Source: Escherichia coli (GTDB taxonomy: Bacteria > Pseudomonadota > Gammaproteobacteria > Enterobacterales > Enterobacteriaceae). Taken from it: DNA of 64,000 nt. The stretch is taken from the NCBI RefSeq assembly GCF_003991155.1, contig NZ_CP031293.1. One strand, 5' to 3'. A model generated the notes under the pieces. It did no database searches. It had not been told where the DNA came from and saw only the letters and a program-made list of their open reading frames with translations. A program made the translations under genes and the position numbers. Positions 57,950 to 64,000 of this stretch are shown here, in pieces. How positions within the stretch are numbered: position 1 is the stretch's first letter; every line of letters starts with the position of its first letter.

Positions 57950-59452
57950 TTATTCCACCGCCCACTGCGGATTTTTTGCCACTCTGCTGCAATAGTTCTG
58001 GTAAATCGCCATCGCTAACAGCGAGAAGAAGACAGGGCCGCCAATCATCCACAATGTGCTGTCCCAGTCTCCGGCTTCAACCACAGGTTGAAAGATGGTG
58101 AAGACGTTCGCAAATGTCACAACCAGTACGACAACCACCGTCGCAATCATTGCCGACATACGCGTTTTGAAAATCACAAACGGTCTGTCGAGATCCTGAC
58201 GTGCTTTAAAGAATGGGAAAGCCAGCGCGAGGAACAAGTAAGGAAGCGTCATAGACACGTTCGCCATCAGAGTCAGTTTGTTAAAGAACGCCGATGCGGT
58301 GCCACCGCCAAACGAAACCAGCAGGATGAAGACAGTAACCAGCCCGCACTGCATCCACATGGCGATAGACGGCATACCCATCGTATTCAGGCGCGTCATC
58401 GGTTCCGGCCACAATGCTTTCGGCGTTCCCTGGATGATGGCTTTCAGCGGTGAATAGCAAAGCGTAAAGAACGCACCGGTATAAGCGAGGAACATCGAAA
58501 GCCCGGTAATACGCGCAAACCATACGCCCAGCGACAATGACGCTTCTGGTGACAAATGCAGTGCGTTACCCAGCGTCACCCCGAGGCTCTTCATCAGCAC
58601 ATAGGTAATATTGCCGAGGTTAACGGAACCATTACTTAATACCTGCTGCCAGTTTGTGCTGACGCCCCATAAAAATATTGCCAGCGAATAACCGATTGAA
58701 ATAACAATAGCGGCAAAAACAATACCTTTGGCAAAGTTCTTTTCTGGATTTTCCGTTTTATCGACCAGACCACCAACCGCTTCAATTCCGCCATAGGCAA
58801 AAATAGCAAATACCACAAACGATAGCATTGCCAGACCGGACTGATAACCTGGATTCGGTGATGCAAGGAAATTAATATCCTGCGCGAAATGCCCACCATT
58901 TAATAACAAAATAGTAATGCTTACTAACAGCAATACTAAATTCAGACACATTACTGCAATACCGCCCACCGCAGTAATGCGGGCAATTTTATTAATCCCC
59001 TTTGAAGCAACGACGGTGACCAGAATCATCCATGCCACTGCCAGCAGACCAACCACCTGCGTAGGCTCCAGTCCGGCAATACGCCAGTGCTGGGTCATGT
59101 CGCTACCATAGAGGAATGTTGAGAACGGTACCCAAACTTTCGCGGAGGTACTCACCATCCAGATGATATAAGAGGAAAACCACATAAACGTACCAATGAA
59201 GGCAAAACGTGGTCCGACACTATTATTCATCCATGAATAGATACCGCCTTCTTCTTTGCGATAAGCAGCGCCCATTTCAGCCATCATTAAGGCGAATGGA
59301 ATAAAGAATAACAATGCAGAAAATATATAAAAGGGAATCGCACTATAACCCATTAAGTAATAAGCCGATGGGCTATTGGCAAATCCAAATACGGAAGTAA
59401 AGATCATCAATATGAGTCCTATCAGACTCATCTTTTTTATCGTGTGAGGCAT
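57950..59452 (-). CDS. yjeM: APC-family amino acid transporter YjeM
   Basis: ORF 530 aa; start set at MPHTIKKMSLIGLILMIFTSVFGF (500 aa); polytopic membrane protein. Confidence 0.88.
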   Translation of the reverse strand: MPHTIKKMSLIGLILMIFTSVFGFANSPSAYYLMGYSAIPFYIFSALLFFIPFALMMAEMGAAYRKEEGGIYSWMNNSVGPRFAFIGTFMWFSSYIIWMVSTSAKVWVPFSTFLYGSDMTQHWRIAGLEPTQVVGLLAVAWMILVTVVASKGINKIARITAVGGIAVMCLNLVLLLVSITILLLNGGHFAQDINFLASPNPGYQSGLAMLSFVVFAIFAYGGIEAVGGLVDKTENPEKNFAKGIVFAAIVISIGYSLAIFLWGVSTNWQQVLSNGSVNLGNITYVLMKSLGVTLGNALHLSPEASLSLGVWFARITGLSMFLAYTGAFFTLCYSPLKAIIQGTPKALWPEPMTRLNTMGMPSIAMWMQCGLVTVFILLVSFGGGTASAFFNKLTLMANVSMTLPYLFLALAFPFFKARQDLDRPFVIFKTRMSAMIATVVVVLVVTFANVFTIFQPVVEAGDWDSTLWMIGGPVFFSLLAMAIYQNYCSRVAKNPQWAVE

Positions 59453-59670
59453 GAAACCATCCTTCATTTCAGCGCGTGTATAAAACGCGCCCACTGAACT
59501 GCACTGCCCAACATTGAGCGGGCAGCGTAAAAACCAATACAAAATTGATACCTGGATGATATCAAATATCCAGTCTTAAATTGTGGCCTTTAGCGGAAAA
59601 ATGAAAACATATGCTACAGAATGGCGCTTATCACGCCATTCTTCGCGGTTAATTCAGTAATTTTTCAGAA

Positions 59671-60648
59671 TTATGCCCGGTCAACGCTAAAGGCGATGAC
59701 TTCAGCCAGTGTCTCCGCGCCCAGCGCCAACATCACCAGACGATCAACACCTAATGCCACGCCGGAACAGTCAGGCATACCGACTTTCAAGGCTTCAATC
59801 AGATTCTGGTCAATGGGGTGCTGCGGCAAACCGCGCGCCGCGCGCTTACGGTTATCTTGTTCAAAGCGTTGTTGCTGCTCACGGGCATCCGTCAATTCAT
59901 GGAAACCATTCGCCAGCTCAATACCTTTATAATAAACCTCAAAGCGTTCAGCGACCCGATGATCTTCGGTACTGATTTGCGCCAGTGATGCCTGGCTGGC
60001 TGGAAAGTGGTACACAAAGGTCGGTTTTTCTTTACCAATATTTGGCTCTACGCCAAAGGTAAACAGCAATTGTAGCAACGTGTCGCGGTCTTCTTCAGTA
60101 TCGGCAACGTTGCTCAAATCCAGTTTCGCTGCCACTTCCCGCAGTTGCGTTTTGTCGGCAGAGAGTGGGTCAATTTCCAGATAACGCAAGAAAGCTTGTT
60201 GATAAGAAAGGCTTTCTGCTGCCGGGCAGTCCAGCACCTGTTGCAAGAGATCGTCCACCTCGTTCATCAACCGGTACATATCATAGTGCGGTCGATACCA
60301 CTCAAGCATAGTGAACTCAGGGTTGTGATAACGCCCCATCTCTTCATTACGGAAGCTGCGGCACAGCTGGAATACCGGCCCACAACCGGCAACCAGCAGG
60401 CGCTTCATATGGTATTCCGGGCTGGTCATTAACCAGAGATTCATCCCCTGCGAATGCCCGGGGCCAACGAAACGTGTCTCAAACGGGACCAAATGAATAT
60501 CGGTTACCGTCGCCTGGCTCATACAAGGCGTCTCCACCTCCAGCACTCCACGATCGGCAAAGAAACGACGGATCTCCGCCATAATCGCCGCGCGTTTTAA
60601 TAAGTTAGGAATGGATGCGCTCGGCTGCCAGGATGCCGTTTCGCTCAT
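59671..60648 (-). CDS. epmA: Elongation factor P--(R)-beta-lysine ligase EpmA (PoxA)
   Basis: ORF 340 aa; conserved start at [30 protein letters not shown] (325 aa); class II aaRS-like (LysRS paralog) motifs. Confidence 0.9.
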   Translation of the reverse strand: MSETASWQPSASIPNLLKRAAIMAEIRRFFADRGVLEVETPCMSQATVTDIHLVPFETRFVGPGHSQGMNLWLMTSPEYHMKRLLVAGCGPVFQLCRSFRNEEMGRYHNPEFTMLEWYRPHYDMYRLMNEVDDLLQQVLDCPAAESLSYQQAFLRYLEIDPLSADKTQLREVAAKLDLSNVADTEEDRDTLLQLLFTFGVEPNIGKEKPTFVYHFPASQASLAQISTEDHRVAERFEVYYKGIELANGFHELTDAREQQQRFEQDNRKRAARGLPQHPIDQNLIEALKVGMPDCSGVALGVDRLVMLALGAETLAEVIAFSVDRA

Positions 60649-60823
60649 AGTTAAATCTCCAGTTTTTGACAAGGGCACGAAGTCTACTCGCAACGCGACG
60701 GCGAGACAAATTTTACGCAGGAATCAAACAACGGTGGGCAGTGACTAAAAAAAGCACGATCTGATGGTTTAGTAATTAAATTAATCATCTTCAGTGATAA
60801 TTTAGCCCTCTTGCGCACTAAAA

Positions 60824-60843
60824 AAATCGATCTCGTCAAATTT
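60824..60843. promoter_or_regulatory. Putative FNR site in the frdA promoter (aaatcgatctcgtcaaattt)
   Basis: Imperfect FNR-like dyad (TCGAT-N4-TCAAA) about 20 bp upstream of a TATACT -10-like hexamer (60862..60867); consistent with known anaerobic FNR activation of frdABCD. Confidence 0.4.
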
Positions 60844-60972
60844 CAGACTTATCCATCAGACTATACTGTTGTACCTATAAAGGAGCAGTGGAATAGCGTT
60901 CGCAGACCGTAACTTTCAGGCACTTACCCTGAAGTACGGGGCTGTGGGATAAAAACAATCTGGAGGAATGTC

Positions 60973-62773
60973 GTGCAAACCTTTCAAGCCGATCTTGCCA
61001 TTGTAGGCGCCGGTGGCGCGGGATTACGTGCTGCAATTGCTGCCGCGCAGGCAAATCCAAATGCAAAAATCGCACTAATCTCAAAAGTATACCCGATGCG
61101 TAGCCATACCGTTGCTGCAGAAGGGGGCTCCGCCGCTGTCGCGCAGGATCATGACAGCTTCGAATATCACTTTCACGATACAGTAGCGGGTGGCGACTGG
61201 TTGTGTGAGCAGGATGTCGTGGATTATTTCGTCCACCACTGCCCAACCGAAATGACCCAACTGGAACTGTGGGGATGCCCATGGAGCCGTCGCCCGGATG
61301 GTAGCGTCAACGTACGTCGCTTCGGCGGCATGAAAATCGAGCGTACCTGGTTCGCCGCCGATAAGACCGGCTTCCATATGCTGCACACGCTGTTCCAGAC
61401 CTCTCTGCAATTCCCGCAGATCCAGCGTTTTGACGAACATTTCGTGCTGGATATTCTGGTTGATGATGGTCATGTTCGCGGCCTGGTAGCAATGAACATG
61501 ATGGAAGGCACGCTGGTGCAGATCCGTGCTAACGCGGTCGTTATGGCTACCGGCGGTGCGGGTCGCGTTTATCGTTACAACACCAACGGCGGCATCGTTA
61601 CCGGTGACGGTATGGGTATGGCGCTAAGCCACGGCGTTCCGCTGCGTGACATGGAATTCGTTCAGTATCACCCAACCGGTCTGCCAGGTTCCGGTATCCT
61701 GATGACAGAAGGCTGCCGCGGTGAAGGTGGTATTCTGGTCAACAAAAATGGCTACCGTTATCTGCAAGATTACGGCATGGGCCCGGAAACTCCGCTGGGC
61801 GAGCCGAAAAACAAATATATGGAACTGGGTCCACGCGACAAAGTTTCTCAGGCCTTCTGGCACGAATGGCGTAAAGGCAACACTATCTCCACGCCGCGTG
61901 GCGATGTGGTTTATCTCGACCTGCGTCACCTCGGCGAGAAAAAACTGCATGAACGTCTGCCGTTCATCTGCGAACTGGCGAAAGCGTACGTTGGCGTCGA
62001 TCCGGTTAAAGAACCGATTCCGGTACGTCCGACCGCGCACTACACCATGGGCGGTATCGAAACCGATCAGAACTGTGAAACCCGCATTAAAGGTCTGTTC
62101 GCCGTGGGTGAATGTTCCTCTGTTGGTCTGCACGGTGCGAACCGTCTGGGCTCCAACTCGCTGGCGGAACTGGTGGTCTTCGGTCGTCTGGCCGGTGAGC
62201 AAGCTATGGAACGCGCATCTACTGCCGGTAATGGCAACGATGCAGCAATCAATGCTCAGGTTGCTGGCGTTGAACAGCGCCTGAAAGATCTGGTTAACCA
62301 GGATGGCGGCGAAAACTGGGCTAAGATCCGCGACGAAATGGGCATGGCCATGGAAGAAGGCTGCGGTATCTACCGTACGCCAGAACTGATGCAGAAAACC
62401 ATCGACAAGCTGGCAGAATTGCAGGAACGCTTCAAGCGCGTGCGCATCACCGACACTTCCAGCGTGTTCAACACCGACCTGCTCTACACCATTGAACTGG
62501 GTCACGGTCTGAACGTTGCTGAATGTATGGCGCACTCCGCAATGGCACGTAAAGAGTCCCGCGGCGCGCACCAGCGTCTGGACGAAGGTTGCACCGAGCG
62601 TGACGACGTCAACTTCCTCAAACACACCCTCGCCTTCCGCGATGCTGATGGCACGACTCGCCTGGAGTACAGCGACGTGAAGATTACTACGCTGCCGCCA
62701 GCTAAACGCGTTTACGGTGGCGAAGCGGATGCAGCCGATAAGGCGGAAGCAGCCAATAAGAAGGAGAAGGCGA

Positions 62774-62781
<8 letters not shown>
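60973..62781 (+). CDS. frdA: Fumarate reductase flavoprotein subunit
   Basis: 602-aa ORF starting at GTG ([29 protein letters not shown]); covalent-FAD His region SHTVAAEGG. Confidence 0.96.

Positions 62782-64000
<1,219 letters not shown>

Overview
This window is an Escherichia coli-type chromosomal segment, recognisable gene by gene from the translated ORFs. From memory it matches the E. coli K-12 ~94-95 min region (frdABCD to cycA/ytfEF) in reverse-complement orientation; this could not be checked by alignment. The conserved backbone runs ytfF, ytfE, cycA, fklB, ytfB, then rplI-rpsR-priB-rpsF, yjfY, the ulaABCDEF/ulaG/ulaR ascorbate locus, yjfP, bsmA, yjfN, aidB, the yjfC-yjfM-yjfL-yjfK-yjfJ-yjfI cluster, rlmB-rnr-nsrR, purA, yjeT, hflCKX-hfq-miaA-mutL-amiB-tsaE-nnr, queG, three tandem tRNA-Gly(GCC), orn, rsgA, psd, mscM, yjeO/yjeN, yjeM, epmA and frdABC plus the 5' end of frdD. 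Two segments look accessory relative to K-12. The first (about 5.0-14.8 kb) lies between ytfB and rplI: a TetR-family regulator facing a tight 8-gene operon of SDR dehydrogenase, TIM-barrel isomerase, enoyl-CoA hydratase, family-I CoA-transferase, a large FAD oxidoreductase and a TRAP transporter in Q-M-P order, with a visible base-composition mosaic. The second (about 55.6-57.4 kb) lies between the yjeO and yjeN paralogs: an AT-rich 237-aa orphan gene with tentative lysozyme-like (GH23/SLT) motifs, translationally coupled to yjeO, next to a degraded IS630-family transposase. I consider these two the best candidates for an undescribed system; both calls rest on motif and synteny reasoning only. 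Other observations include a segmental duplication carrying a fossil of the mscM 3' end, an in-frame TAG in yjeN, and the uncharacterised PspA-like yjfI-yjfC cluster. No CRISPR array, rRNA or prophage was seen.
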